Shown: piece after piece, positions 12,632-25,233 of the stretch
Layout of the letters: each line of letters begins with the position of its first letter
How positions within the stretch are numbered: position 1 is the first letter of the stretch
Assembly (NCBI GenBank): GCA_030295235.1
Contig: AP026135.1
Coordinates: 620,001 to 684,000, forward strand
Direction of reading: 5' to 3'
DNA: 64,000 nucleotides
Origin: Fistulifera solaris
Taxonomy: Eukaryota
The notes under the pieces: model-generated
Told to the model about the DNA's origin: nothing
The model's database searches: none
Seen by the model: the letters and a program-made list of their open reading frames with translations, nothing else
Made by a program: the position numbers and the translations under genes

Positions 12632-13490
12632 ATGTCGTCATCGGCCGAAACAGCACCTCCATTTCTCGTGGCAATGCTGGCCGGCGGACTCGCTGGTACC
12701 TCTGTCGATGTTACCTTATTTCCTCTGGATACACTAAAGACACGACTACAGGCACCTGGGGGTTAATAAAAGCCGGAGGCTTTCGCGGCATATACAATGG
12801 CTTGGGCGCCGCGGCATTGGGATCGGCACCGGGCGCGGCGCTCTTTTCAGTACGTACGAGACCATGAAAGTGCTCCTGGTGGAAAATGGAGATCAGCCAG
12901 ACGCTGTGTCACACATGACCGCGGCATCGATCGGGGAAGCTGCCGCTTGTCTGGTACGAGTCCCCACAGAAGTGGTAAAGGCCAAAATGCAGACGAGCGC
13001 GACCCAAATGTCTTTACAAGAAACAATTTCGAGTGTCCTGAAGGAGCGCAGCGGCAGTTGGTTGAGTCATGTTACGGGTGGTCTTTATCGTGGCTATGGT
13101 ATTACCTTATTTCGCGAGATTCCCTTTGCCATGATCCAGTTTCCCCTATACGAGTACATGAAGCTAACCTGGGCTCGGCACCAGAATCTCGATCAATGCA
13201 CACCGGTGCAAGCCGCAATCTGCGGTTCATGCTCGGGCGGCTTAGCAGCTGGACTTACGACACCTTTGGACGTGCTGAAGACGCGCTTAATGCTGGGCGC
13301 AGACCAGCACGGAACACCGTACACCGGTGTCTCGGATGTTTTGCGTCGGACTCTGGCCTCGGAAGGGCAGATTGCCTTGTGGAGCGGTGTGCAACCGAGG
13401 GTCATGTGGATCTCTATCGGTGGATTTGTATTCTTTGGAGCGTACGAAACGTTCAAGACCTTACTGATGACGTCTTCACTCGCCCATTAG
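12632..13490 (+). CDS. Mitochondrial carrier, S-adenosylmethionine carrier (SLC25A26/Pet8)-like; apparent frameshifts ~12763 and ~12845
   Basis: ATG at 12632, [40 protein letters not shown]. Three Px[DE]xx[KR] signatures (FPLDTLK, VPTEVVK, TPLDVLK); [14 protein letters not shown] and [13 protein letters not shown] are typical of SAM carriers. Confidence 0.88.
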
Positions 13491-16151
13491 AGAGGGCGCG
13501 AGACACAGCGTGTAATTTTTGTTCATATACTTCTGTGTAAGACATAGAGCGATACCTAGATTTGAAACTTCGTGAATTACTGCATCTTGACTTCCGACCA
13601 GGTAATCTATTTTCTACGACTCGTAATTAGCGAGAAACTCGTCTACCGCACGTAACTTCAACTTCACTCTCGCGAGACCTAATCGAGAACCAGTATGACT
13701 AGGTCAGTTTGTCAAAAGATACCGACGTTTTTCTGCGAAAGCTTTTTTACGAAAGATCGGTCAAACTTAAACGGATCTTTGACGAGTAAAGATTCATATC
13801 CTTCCTATTTCCTTTCTTCACGCAATGAACTGCTCTCAATAATAAAAAATACTCCAAAATAAAGGACAGAATCAAGCTGGAAGAAAGGGAAAATCAAGGG
13901 GCGCCACAGCAAGCAACCGGCCTCGAGCAACCCTCTGCAATTGCAAAGGGCCAAGGGCCATCGCTACTGCCGCCAGTTCAAAACGCATGCGGGCCTAAGA
14001 AAGCAACACCCGATGATGCGACGGCTGTCAGTGGTGACTATTACGCCATGTACGTTGCGGTTTCATAATTAGTTGTCACAAAACGCCTGCCTCAGCTCGA
14101 AAATGCTTGCTGTCAATGAATTACCGCAAGGGAGTCGATCAACTTGCGAAGCATACATGAGAAAGAACGGGCAATCCCAAGATTCAAGCTGCATTTATCT
14201 ATTGATGAAATGCGTTGTTGTGACCAATGCTGCTACAGAATGTGTGTAGCAAGCGGGGAATGAACTGGCCATCAATCACCCCCATCTAGCCTCACTTTAT
14301 CATGTTCTTGTGCTTGTCTTTATGACCGAAATAATGGGAGAAATTGAGAAGCCGATCGGAAAGAACAGGTTAAAGAAGACGCCGCACATGGCTTTGCAAT
14401 TCTTGGCGGAAATTGTTGAATCTTCATTTCACTATCCTGGACAAGCAAGAATTCATTCCATATGAAGCGCTTCATCGAGATGAGGGCATAGATTCACTTT
14501 ATGTCGAGCAACTGCACAAGCTGCTTATACCCTTATCTCCTATGAGACTCTTTTGAAGGTCAACGAGCGTATTAATCTAGGTCAAACTGCCTATCTGGCT
14601 GGATGTGGATCGGAGCCTCATTCGTGGCTCACACTTAGCGGGGGCGATTGCTGCGTATTGAATACCAAGAAGTTGGTGCAAATGAAAATGGATCTCCCGA
14701 AAGACGACTGGAAATTCGATGACCGGCCGGGATTTTGGGGACAGTTGTCCGACGAAAGAAAGAATCCTGCCAGGTGCATTCGGGGCGATCTAGACGAATC
14801 ATTTGTATCAAGTATCTTAGCGGATGTTTTTGAAATTTGCAGATATTTGAATTTTCAAATTTTACCAATCAATACACATGTGATTACTATGCACAACCTA
14901 TTGCAAATTGCAAGAGCATCTAAACGGACAAAACCACTAGCTTGCTCTATCCTTCGGTTTGCATGCGGTTCTGATGTCCATACTTGTTCTTCACGATGAT
15001 GGCGATTAAAGACTCATTGCTGCATATTCAAACAAACAAATAACAGACTCTTTGAGCAGGTCGGATCAAAGCAAACCACCCGGCAATCCCTCTAAATGTT
15101 ATCACCTAGTTTCGAGGTTTACCAGTCTTGTAGCGTTAGCACAGCCATATGGTATTAATGTCGATCAGTTCGTAGAGTTGATCCATTCGCCGCAGAAAAC
15201 ATTGCATTCTGGAACCCTGTTATCGGCGGAGAATATATGTTGTATGCAACATACATGTGCTCGATCGGTCTGGTGTCGGCAACTGTTGATACCTTGGGTC
15301 AGCTGCGATCGGTGTTCTACTTATAGGACGGACTCAGGATCCTTTATTCTGTCTTTGAGGTTCCTTTTCTACAAAAAACGACAAAGTGTTTAGCAATACA
15401 AAGGCAGTCTGGGTGCGAGAGAAGCCCGAGAAGGGATCATGCTGTAAAGTGTTCTGGATGTCGTTTGGATTGAACGCGAGTGACCTTTACTGCTATCAGA
15501 ATGATTTTGTTGGAATTTGTGAACGCCTTGGCTGATCTACCGTGGTCCAAGGTGTTCTTCAAAATGATCCCACTAAATTATCTGGCAACACAGCAAAGGG
15601 AACTAAGATGAGAGGATTTAGTGCGTCTGAGCTCACTTTCAAGTCCCACGTTCTAACTGACATTTGGGGGTATCTTTTATGGTGCATAGATATTGACTAC
15701 TCTAAACACTCGTTCCTACCGATATTTGAGATGAACGACTTAGCTGCATTCACTAAGCCGTTTTTTGAAAAGATTAAGAAAAGTCGCTGTATGTTCTTTT
15801 GCCGATTCGTATTGACGATTGATATCAATCATGAAGAAGCGCACACCATGCCAGTAACTGGTGCGGAAGAGTCGAAGATGATAGGTCCACACAAAGAAAG
15901 GTACTCCTAGATGGACTTTCCTAGTATCTAGCTACAGTAACTGTGGTACGTAGTACGGGTGCAAAGTCGAAGTGCTGAATTAACCACAATCAATCACAAG
16001 AATAAGAGAAACTGATTCGATTGCTAAATTATTAATGGCGGATCACTAAAATCGATTCAAAGGATCTCCACCACGTACTACGATGTCTACAGCTCTCTCC
16101 TTTTGGTTTGAGGATCCCGCAACAGGAGCGAAACACGCAGAGACTACCAAT

Positions 16152-16767
16152 TTACCGCCGTTTCGGAGGCCCACCACGAGTCACTCCCGCCGCTCCCGTT
16201 TTGGTAGCTGTGGTACCCGTGCCCGTCGTTCCCGTCTTGGGCGGAGCAGTCGACTTACCAGGACGCGGTAACTTGACCCCAAGCTGTCGTTCTAATTTAC
16301 TGATGATCTGACCATTGGGAATCGCTTTGCCGCTCTCGTATTCGGCAACTACCTGGGGCTTTTCATTGATGGCCGTGGCTAATTCTTTTGTGTCATCTTT
16401 TTTGCCGTTCGTGCCTGTAGAAAAGCAATGTAAAATTAAGTGAGACGAGTCATTTCATTCGTTCTTTTCCGAGTCTCCGTCAAACACTAACCTGCATGAT
16501 CGCCTTACTCAAACTCTTATCCACTTTCGCCAAGGTACCGACATCGTCCGCTTCTTCCAATTTTCGAACCGACAATGCCGTAGCCGAATGCGCACTCTTG
16601 TTTCCTCCCGCGCCGTAACGCTTTTCGGTCGTCAAAACGCCGGCCGCTTTCAACATGCTGACTTCACGCGCATTCTTGGGAGCCGCCGGTCGTGCGCCCA
16701 TTAAACTACCGCGTCCGGCGTTGACGGGTGCCCAGTCCTGACCTGATTCAACTCCTCGTACTGGCAT
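16152..16767 (-). CDS. MBF1: Multiprotein bridging factor 1 (HTH coactivator); intron 16415-16491; apparent frameshift at ~16388
   Basis: QDWAPV N-terminus and [15 protein letters not shown](K)[39 protein letters not shown] after a 77-nt GT-AG intron; stop TAA at 16154-16152. Confidence 0.92.
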
Positions 16768-17417
16768 TGTTTAAACAGATAATAGTATTGGAAAAAGATA
16801 AGAAAAAGACTAGCTGAACTTGCTGGATAATGAAGCTGTTGTTTTTGACCGTTTGGCGGTGTGCGGTGTGCGGTCATGTTTTATTATTGTCCACCGCAGC
16901 GACTTCTTCGTTCTTCGAGAGTGATCTGCGCGACTGGGAATTCCGTAGCGACGGACAGTCGCGCCACTATAGACTTAAAGTGTGGCATCAACTTCGCTAC
17001 GACTGCATCTCAGTCACGAACACCTACTATTCCGTGAGATACTGCTACTTTGGCCTGGTTCTTCCTGGTTCTTTCCGCAACCAAGGTAAGCTGAACGTGT
17101 CTTCATCACATCGCCATTGCCTTCACCATCCTTTCATATTCTTGGCTCAATTCAAACCGTCGAAAAACGTTTTGGATCATATTCCTAACAATTAACTATA
17201 GCCCAAAGTGTAGACTAGCTTTTATCACGACTGATAAAATTCATTCATCTCTGTCCCGTGTATGACGTAACGATAACGAGCGGAAACCACCATGGCCGCA
17301 TGGACACCATGCACCATGCCCTTCATTTCTCTCCCGATACGTACTTATTGTTTTATCCCTCCAATCGGAGAAGATTTGGATTCATTTAGTCTTTCGCAAG
17401 CGTGCTTCACGACGAAA

Positions 17418-18251
17418 ATGCGGAGTAGTTGTGGACTACTTTATTGTGCGCTGCTCGTTCCCTTCCTCCAACCATTTTCGTGGGCGGCCAGTCACTACAA
17501 TGCCTATCAATACGACATGACCGGCGCGCAATTTACACCGGATGGACGTCTCCTGCAGGTTGAATACGCTTCCGCCGCCGCGGATCATTCGTCTCCGATC
17601 GTGGTGCAACCACTCGATTCCGATCTCTGTCTCATTTGTACGACCCATCGAGCTGGTGTTTACACGGAACGTCTCGTACTGATTCCGACGGGCAGTTTGA
17701 CCACAAAACAGCCACCGGTAGTCATCGCATTGTCGGGAATTTTGGCCGACAATATGGCGCTACTGGAAGCATTGCAAGAAAAACGGTGGGAACAAATGCA
17801 ACTTTACGAAGTGCCCTTGTCGACGCAGCAAGTGGCCCAAGCCATTGCGGATGAATGTCAAAAGAAGGCCTTTGGTGGGGGCATTCGGCCGTTTGGGGCG
17901 ACGTTACTTGTGTGTGGTATGGATGGAGTGTATCAAACCGATCCGTCTGGGGGAATTTTAGAAACTTCGTACGAAAAATTACTAGGACAAGAGGACAAAA
18001 GTCAAAAATCTGTTGTGGTGGGTGGGACCGCCAACAGTGCGCGGTCATTGAAGCGACAAATTGCTTCTGCTCTGACAAATGATAATACTCGAAAACAGAT
18101 CAAGGATATTTTGTCGTTGGTGCGCAGTGAACAAACGAATCGATATGCGGACAAGGACGAAATGGAACTCGAAGCTGTTTTAATATCGAAAAGTAGAGGA
18201 GTCTTGAAATTGACGGCAGAGCAAATTGAGGATTTCAGAAAGGAACAATGA
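17418..18251 (+). CDS. Divergent 20S proteasome alpha-type subunit with N-terminal signal peptide (candidate periplastid-compartment subunit)
   Basis: Alpha-subunit signature YDMTGAQFTPDGRLLQVEYA, plus GIRPFGATLLVCG and VYQTDPSG. Preceded by hydrophobic MRSSCGLLYCALLVPFLQPFSWA from ATG 17418. Confidence 0.82.
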   Translation: MRSSCGLLYCALLVPFLQPFSWAASHYNAYQYDMTGAQFTPDGRLLQVEYASAAADHSSPIVVQPLDSDLCLICTTHRAGVYTERLVLIPTGSLTTKQPPVVIALSGILADNMALLEALQEKRWEQMQLYEVPLSTQQVAQAIADECQKKAFGGGIRPFGATLLVCGMDGVYQTDPSGGILETSYEKLLGQEDKSQKSVVVGGTANSARSLKRQIASALTNDNTRKQIKDILSLVRSEQTNRYADKDEMELEAVLISKSRGVLKLTAEQIEDFRKEQ

Positions 18252-19099
18252 CCGACTAACGATTAGTCTCAGAGTCGCAGCATGCGCTGCTGAAACCATC
18301 GCGACTAAGGTCATCTTGAAAAACAAAAATTTTTGTCGAGGAATGCGCTTAGCAAGATAGGGAATCGGTCCCCCAGTATAACAGTATTGGACAATGTCAT
18401 GGATGTAGATTCAAGTGGGTTTTGCTAAGAGTAAATACGATCACGTATTCACTAAAAAAAAGTTGCTACAGTTTATAATAAAAGCTAGGTCACCTGACCA
18501 CTGTTACCACAGACGAATTATTTAGCCAAGGCATCTCCCCTTTCTACATTTTGCTCGCAAACAATCACAAAAGATTTTAAAAGCTATCGTTTCGTTAGCA
18601 TTATCATCATTTATCTTGAATCTTTGTTCACGAAACTTTGCCTACACGAGACCCGAGTATCGAACAGAGAGCTTGATCGAACCATTCCATTGATGCGTCA
18701 TGTGTCATGTTCCGCAATTGCAAATCAGGTTCTTCAATCTTCAATAAGAGGCCATTTATTCTTTACTGTTGAACTTCAATATCCGACCTTTTACGTGGCG
18801 CCTCATGCCTCCATGCACTCTCCACTTGGGAGTACGGATCGTATGCAAGTGCAACCATGCTACCATGTTTTACTGTAATGTTAATTGCAAAACACAACGC
18901 TCAACGCTCAGGACAAATTGAAATCAACGAATTTCGATGCACAACGAGAAAAAGGGTTCATGTGACATGTGACAAGTGATATATGAGACGTTCTTAGCCC
19001 AAGGCAGACAATAAACAGTTGCACGTTGCAATTATAGGTCCTTGGCACGTTGCAGTCCCGTTTTTCTTTCCTTAACTTTTAACTTTTTACGACATCAGA

Positions 19100-19225
19100 C
19101 ATTACACATTACCTATTACCTACGTACGTAGGAGAAGTCCAAGTTTTTGGGCTGGAGGCATTACACATTACACATTACCTATTACCTACGTACGTAGGAG
19201 AAGTCCAAGTTTTTGGGCTGGAGGC
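19100..19225. repeat. Two identical 60-bp direct repeats (19100-19159, 19166-19225), each containing the 14-bp palindrome CCTACGTACGTAGG
   Basis: Direct read: cattacacattacctattacctacgtacgtaggagaagtccaagtttttgggctggaggc x2, period 66. Confidence 0.93.
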
Positions 19226-20103
19226 TAACTTGAAGTTTTACGATGACCGTAAGCTGCAAGCTGCAGCAGGCTCAGGTTACAGTTACAGAGTGTAGCTGGT
19301 GCACTGAACAGTGAATCTCTGTGTTTTGTAAAAATCTGTTTTCTGTTAATCATTACTCCGTACTCCATACCTGTCAATAGACTCACGACTCAAGACGACG
19401 ACGACTGACTCCTCATTTATTACTACTTCGTACAATTTACAAAGGGCCCAATTCGCGATTCTTTTTAGTTTTATTCAATTGAATTAGATTTAGGTCTAAG
19501 GCGTAGTCTTTTGAAATCGCACAGGTTTCACTTTAGACTATGATTTCCATCCTCTCCGGTACTGGAAAGTATCGATGTGAAATCTGGCTTACGTAGTACC
19601 AAGCACCTGTTTACGGCGCAGAAAAGTTGCCACGTTTGCAAAGCATGAAAGGTTTTGCACACTTGCTTTAACAGTACTTCCCGGTTTCACGCATTTCACA
19701 CTTCACCGCTCACTGCACACCGCACCACTCCGAGCTCCGCTGCGCTTTCCGACTCGCCCCTCGTCACGTTCTGATTCTTCCGTACCAGGCAAGGATCACA
19801 AATAGGAGTAAAAAAGAAACTGCAAGGCCCTGCCGAAAACAAATGACTGTTTCTACGTTCAATCGCGCGAATGCAATTTCTCCGTTCTACACCATCGCCT
19901 TATACTTATGGGACGGAACAATCCCGATTTCAAAGGCAAGGCCTCGAGAAAATTTCCTCCGGTAGAACGATGTTCGCGCTTGGCGCCTTTCCACTTTGGC
20001 CAACGACCAACGAAAAGGCCACAGTTCTCTCACAATCTCAACAACTTGACGACTTTCTCACCCATTCAAATTCCACCGCCAGACAACCTTACTACTTCGA
20101 AGC

Positions 20104-20835
20104 ATGGAAATGGAAATGCAACGCTACATTGATTCGCTGATCACAATAAACAATGATGCCATTGAGCTTATGCAGAATGCTCACTTCGAACAAAGCATTT
20201 ATGCACTTCATGACGGACTTCAGTTATTACACTCCGTGCAACATGCACCGTGGATGCTAAGCGCATCAAGGAAAGGCTCACAAACAAGCTCATTCGGAAG
20301 CGAAGTTGTCTTACTAAGCGTTGAACTCAACAACGGTACATCTGACTTGGAGGATGATATTGTTGTCTTTTTCAATCGGGCTTTAAAAATTGACGACGGC
20401 TTCTCTTCTCTCGTCAAAGATAGTCCTACATACGCCGAATCCAATTCTTTTTTACTTGGCGTATTGCTTTACAACTTGGGACTTGCGCATCATCTTTTGG
20501 GCGTCAGACGGGGTGATTCAGAACTCTACGACAAAGCGCTTGACTTTTACTCGCTATCACACGGGAGTTTCACGGACCAGTTGTATCCCTTCGGCTATCC
20601 CACTAATTCCTTACATGTTGGTATTTTGGCCATAACGAATAATGTTGGGCATATTCATGCTTACTTCCGCCGTACAAGAGAAGTCCAAATCTGCATTGAC
20701 GAACTGATCCTTCGGCTAAGTCAGTACTCAAGTCGAAACAACCAAATACCAGAATTCAATGGAGAACAAAAAGTATTCTTGATCAATGCATCGTTCTACC
20801 AAGAAATGGCTTTGAATGCTGCCCCCGCTGCCTGA
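20104..20835 (+). CDS. TPR-like helical protein of the diatom family ending in A-P-A-A
   Basis: Intact 243-aa ORF with INNDAIELM, FFNRALKI, LLYNLGLAHHLLG, ALDFYSL, ITNNVGHIH and C-terminal NAAPAA*. Confidence 0.75.
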   Translation: MEMEMQRYIDSLITINNDAIELMQNAHFEQSIYALHDGLQLLHSVQHAPWMLSASRKGSQTSSFGSEVVLLSVELNNGTSDLEDDIVVFFNRALKIDDGFSSLVKDSPTYAESNSFLLGVLLYNLGLAHHLLGVRRGDSELYDKALDFYSLSHGSFTDQLYPFGYPTNSLHVGILAITNNVGHIHAYFRRTREVQICIDELILRLSQYSSRNNQIPEFNGEQKVFLINASFYQEMALNAAPAA

Positions 20836-20963
20836 ACATTCGTTCATCTGCATCTCTGTCTTCATAACAAAATGGCAACTGTTTGGAAGATAGCTTAATT
20901 GCCATGCTTGTACATATATAATGACGTAATAGACTAGCTGTTTTCTATGTTCATCAAGCGGAA

Positions 20964-23417
20964 TTACAAATTATTTTCACTTTCGCCAGAAGTCTCAGGA
21001 AGCTCGTCCCCATCTGGTACAGATCCACGACTCCTGGCATTACTCATGCGATCACGGATACGCTGATATCGCGCTTCCTCTCTTCTGGTAACAGACGGCA
21101 TGACTGAGCTAAAAGCAATATCGAAATGTCTAGCAGAAATCTGCAGACTCCTGTTCTCCTGAAGCGAATCGTTTAATGCCGTGTCTTCTTTCAATACTGC
21201 CAGTCCCGCCTCGCGTAACAGCGCTGCACAATCGGCACCACTATAACCATTCGCTCTTGTACTCATTCCTATCACCTCAAAGTCCACATCGTCTGCAAGT
21301 GCAATGTTGGACGACAACGCTTTCAGGATCGAGACTCTATCTTCGGGGGGTCGGCAAGGGCACGTAGAGCAATTTATCGAGTCGACCAGGTCGCAACATG
21401 GCTGGATCAATCAACTCAGGTCGGTTTGTGGCAGCGATAATAAACACACTCCGCCTACCGTCCAAGCCATCCATTTCAGTCAAAAGTTGATTGACAACCC
21501 TTTCGCTTACGCCACCTCCTCCACCTCCGTCACTACCTCGTTTCGGAACCAACGAGTCCAGTTCGTCGAAGAAAACAACACAAGGACTCGAACATCGTGC
21601 TCTCTCAAATACCGTGCGAACTGCACGCTCGCTCTCTCCAACGTATTTGTCCAAAAGCTCTGGACCTTTCACGCTAATAAAGTTGGCACCACTTTCATGT
21701 GCGATGGCTTTCGCGAGAAGCGTTTTTCCACAACCGGGTGGCCCGTAAAGTAAAATACCCGCAGGTAGTGACAGTCCCAGTCTCGTGAACTTTTCTGGAT
21801 TTCGAATTGGTTCTAAGACAGAAATAGCAAGTTCTTCTCGGATACTTTCCAGAGCGCCAACGTCCTCCCAATCTACGTCAGGAACCATCGCAAATCCTTC
21901 TCTTTTACTGGACGGCTGCACCAGCGGGATTGCCGTCAAAAAGTCCTCCATAGTGACAAACAAAGGATCCATTTGTGCCGGCGTAAGCGGAGTTACTGGA
22001 CTCAGTCCACTTTCAGTGTATGTTATCGACGCCGGAACTGCTTCATCTATGCTCAGAAGATCATGGCCTTTCAGTACATTAGAAAATATCCGGTTGATAG
22101 CAATAACGGCAGCTTCCTTGGTCAAACTCCGTATATCTGCTCCGACAAAACCAGGCGTTTTCCGTGCGAGTACTTTGTAATCAAAATCACCAGACAAACG
22201 CATATCTTTGGTCATTGTCGCAATAATTTTCTCACGAGCCTCTTCGTCGGGAATGCCCATGAGAATCTCTTTGTCAAATCGGCCCGCCCGACGCAGTGCA
22301 GGATCCATAGCATCCGGACGGTTTGTTGCTGCGAGAACAATTACTGCGGCGTTATCTCGATTGTTTTCGGGAGATAACATATCCATACAGGTCAAAAGCT
22401 GTGCCACCATTCTCTTTTCCATACCTCTGGAACTCCCCCCTTCGCTTCGTTTGGGAGCAATGGCATCAAGTTCGTCCATAAAAATGATGGAAGGAGCCAA
22501 ACTTGACGCTGTTTTGAACAAATTTCGAATTCTTCCTTCCGACTCACCAGACATCCCCGTTACTAATTCGGGTGCAGACACACGAAAAAAAGTGACGTTA
22601 AGTTGTCCAGCAACTGACGAAAGCAAGTGAGAATCCATACAATGTGTTTTTGCTGTATACGAACAGAGCAACACATAGCCATACGTACCAGCATTGGCCA
22701 AAGCAGATTTGCCAGTTCCGGGCGGTCCGCGTAATAAAACTCCTCTTGGTGGTTCAATACCAAGATGACGATAAAGTTCCGGTCGCACCAGGGGATACTC
22801 CACCAGCTGCCTTATTTCGCGAATAATCTCATCCATACCTCCAAGATCAGAATATCGCTCAGTAGGTCTCGGAACAGGCGTAAGAAAAGCTGTGTCGTCC
22901 GAGCCATCTCCGCTAGGTGGACCAGCGACCGAAGACTTTCGAATAATTTTCCGACGCTTGATTTTTGGCGATTTCTTCTCCGATGAGGACTCTACACTTT
23001 CCACAGGCATTTCACAGGACAAATCCTCCGAAGACTTTTTTTGCCATTTCCGTTTCGGTATGATTTTCTTTCGAAAGTTGGCGATACCGATTCCGCAGAG
23101 AGGCGTTCAAACCACCGCCCAAACCGTGTTGTTCTCTCATGGCGTCATTCTCACGCGCTTCTTGTTCATACTTGTCTTCTTCTTCGATCGATTTTCGTTT
23201 GTTGCGGGCATTCGATTCGTCCGCAATCTGCTCCAGTAATACACTGACTTTAGCGACGAGCATCGGGACATCTTTGCGCTGATACTCGCGATATTTGTAC
23301 CGTAGCTCGGTGACGACGGCCTCGGCATCGGTGGCTTCCTCATCGCTGCCTTGAATGATTTTTTCGGACTAGATGCGACAGCTTGGGGTCGTTTTCCAAA
23401 ACTATTTTCTTTCCCAT
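20964..23417 (-). CDS. NVL: Nuclear VCP-like AAA+ ATPase (NVL/Rix7, 60S biogenesis); intron 22614-22688; apparent frameshifts ~23360, ~23040, ~21347
   Basis: Two AAA modules (GPPGTGKS, GPPGCGKT; DELDAI, DELDSL), linker VQPSSKREGFAMVPDV and N-domain LRYKYREYQRK. The 75-nt in-frame GTACGT...CAG intron is read through in the ORF track. Confidence 0.9.
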
Positions 23418-23710
23418 GATTCTATGATCTTAATTCTTGAAATCAAGAAAAGAGGGCAGGTGGAGTGAAAGAAAAACATTTGCGTAGTGACAAATTTTTG
23501 GTTGGTTGCGATTTCTTTGCGACAAAAAATAACCGTCCAGCCCTGAAATGTCTTACTGGTTTTTGTAGTATCTGATTTGATCACACGTCACGAGGACGAA
23601 TTCCTTATTTATACCTTTACAAGCAATTTTAAGATACTGTTCTACTATCTAATGTTAGCAGCATTGTTCTGTATCAATATGTTTGAATTGATTTGGTAAA
23701 GCAACGTAAG

Positions 23711-25233
23711 TCATGCCCAGTCATGGTCGGCCTTTTCATTTTCTTCCACTATTTCAGAAATGCTTCTTAACCAGTCTTCCGCTCCATCATCGCGGTCCAT
23801 ATACGCCTCCATGGCTGTCGCGGCTGCCTCAGATTTCGATTTCTCTCCGTTGACGTCGACGGGTTCTATGGGGGTAAAAGGGACCGTTTCTGCAATGACT
23901 CGGTCAAGTCGAGGTCCTTCCGCGCAGACACATTGAACAACATGTTCGGGCCACTCTCTACGGCCGGTATTGGAGAACTCTTTACAGAAGTGTCATCAGT
24001 CTCAGATGAAATTGAATCACGATCTCTCGAACCCATAGTTAAAAGCGAAGCCCCACCAACGAGTGAAATTCCCGCTAAACTGGCGAATGCCGTGGGAGAA
24101 ATGGGTGCGTCAACTGGATCTCTCTGTCGGGCCACTAACTTTTGATTCTGTTTTTCTTCCACAAGCTTTCTCTTTCTTTCCTTTTCTTGGTATGCCTTAT
24201 CAATGGCAATGCGTTCTTCTTCCAGCTTTACATCCTTCAGGCTGACAATGTCCCCGGTTTGCTTTCGCAGAATTGCCAATTGTCGGCGACCCTCCTCCAG
24301 CACGTCAAGATACTCTGACATGTCTTCTTGCCTTGTCTTCCACAGCTCTAACACGGAATTTTTGGTGACATCCAATCGAATCTCGCCGGGAAAGAACTCC
24401 AGTTCGTGAATTCTGTTATAGGGAATACCCGCAATCATCGCTGACAACAAAGCCGGCCCTGTCCCATCAGGGAAAATTAGTAGTATGGTATCTCCCGAGT
24501 ATTGCGACTCTAATATTGATAGCAATTGTCGCAAGCGAATCGCTTGATCACTCAACGTCTCGTGCGGTGTTCCGTCGATATTCGGTGGAGGACGGGCCCC
24601 CAGCCCCGACGGACCCGCATCATCATTGTCGAAAGCCCAGACAGCCGCTTTGGTACTTTGCAATTCCAACATATCCCATCGTCCAATCGCACGAGGATCC
24701 AAGAAGGTGAATTCCGGAATCAATCGATCCCGTCCTAATCGAAGTTCTTGTCCGATTAAGTTGCTGGTATCAATGCACGAGGCCGCGAGACTGTATTTCA
24801 CCACGGTCGGCAAATGAAATAGACTGGCAATTTTCTGACAGGCTGCCACGACTTGTTCCTGACCTTTACGGGAAAGTGCATCCTCACGATTGGTTAAAAA
24901 CAACGGATTGGTGCTCCAGATGTTTTCTTCCTCGAGTAAACTGATTCCGGCCCTCATGAAATGATATTTGTTCCCCAACTGTTCGCAGGGAAATTTGACG
25001 AGTCCTCGGGCCTGTGCCGGTAATGAGAGCAGCATCAAGGGAAGAGACCAGAGGAACTGACGCCGCGGTGCGCTGTCGCACTTTCCGTCGTCGGGCGACA
25101 GCATTCTTTGACTCCTCCTCGTTCGTCGACAGGATCTTTGGGTGAACGATCGAGTAGAAGGCATTATCCACGCCTTCAGACCCGGTGCATTGCAACAGAG
25201 GAATAACAATACAGTGATACTCCTTCGTTTCAT
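23711..25233 (-). CDS. Plastid-targeted histidine-phosphatase/phosphoglycerate-mutase-like protein; apparent frameshift near 23870-23890
   Basis: Signal peptide LKA-WIM and RRQFL...AQA lumen-like motif. Degenerate PGM motif YHFMRAG...LSRKGQEQ; RLRQLLSILESQYSGDTILLI. An alternative frame gives C-terminal AMEAYMDRDDGAEDWL and TGA at 23713-23711. Confidence 0.7.

Noticed and set aside
17292..17417. Upstream in-frame ATG extending the proteasome alpha ORF
   Set aside because: The extension looks non-coding; ATG 17418 (AAAATG context) directly precedes a clean signal peptide.
19100..19225. Direct repeats with an internal palindrome as a mini CRISPR array
   Set aside because: Only two 60-bp copies with a 6-bp gap, no spacers, no cas genes, and a eukaryotic context.
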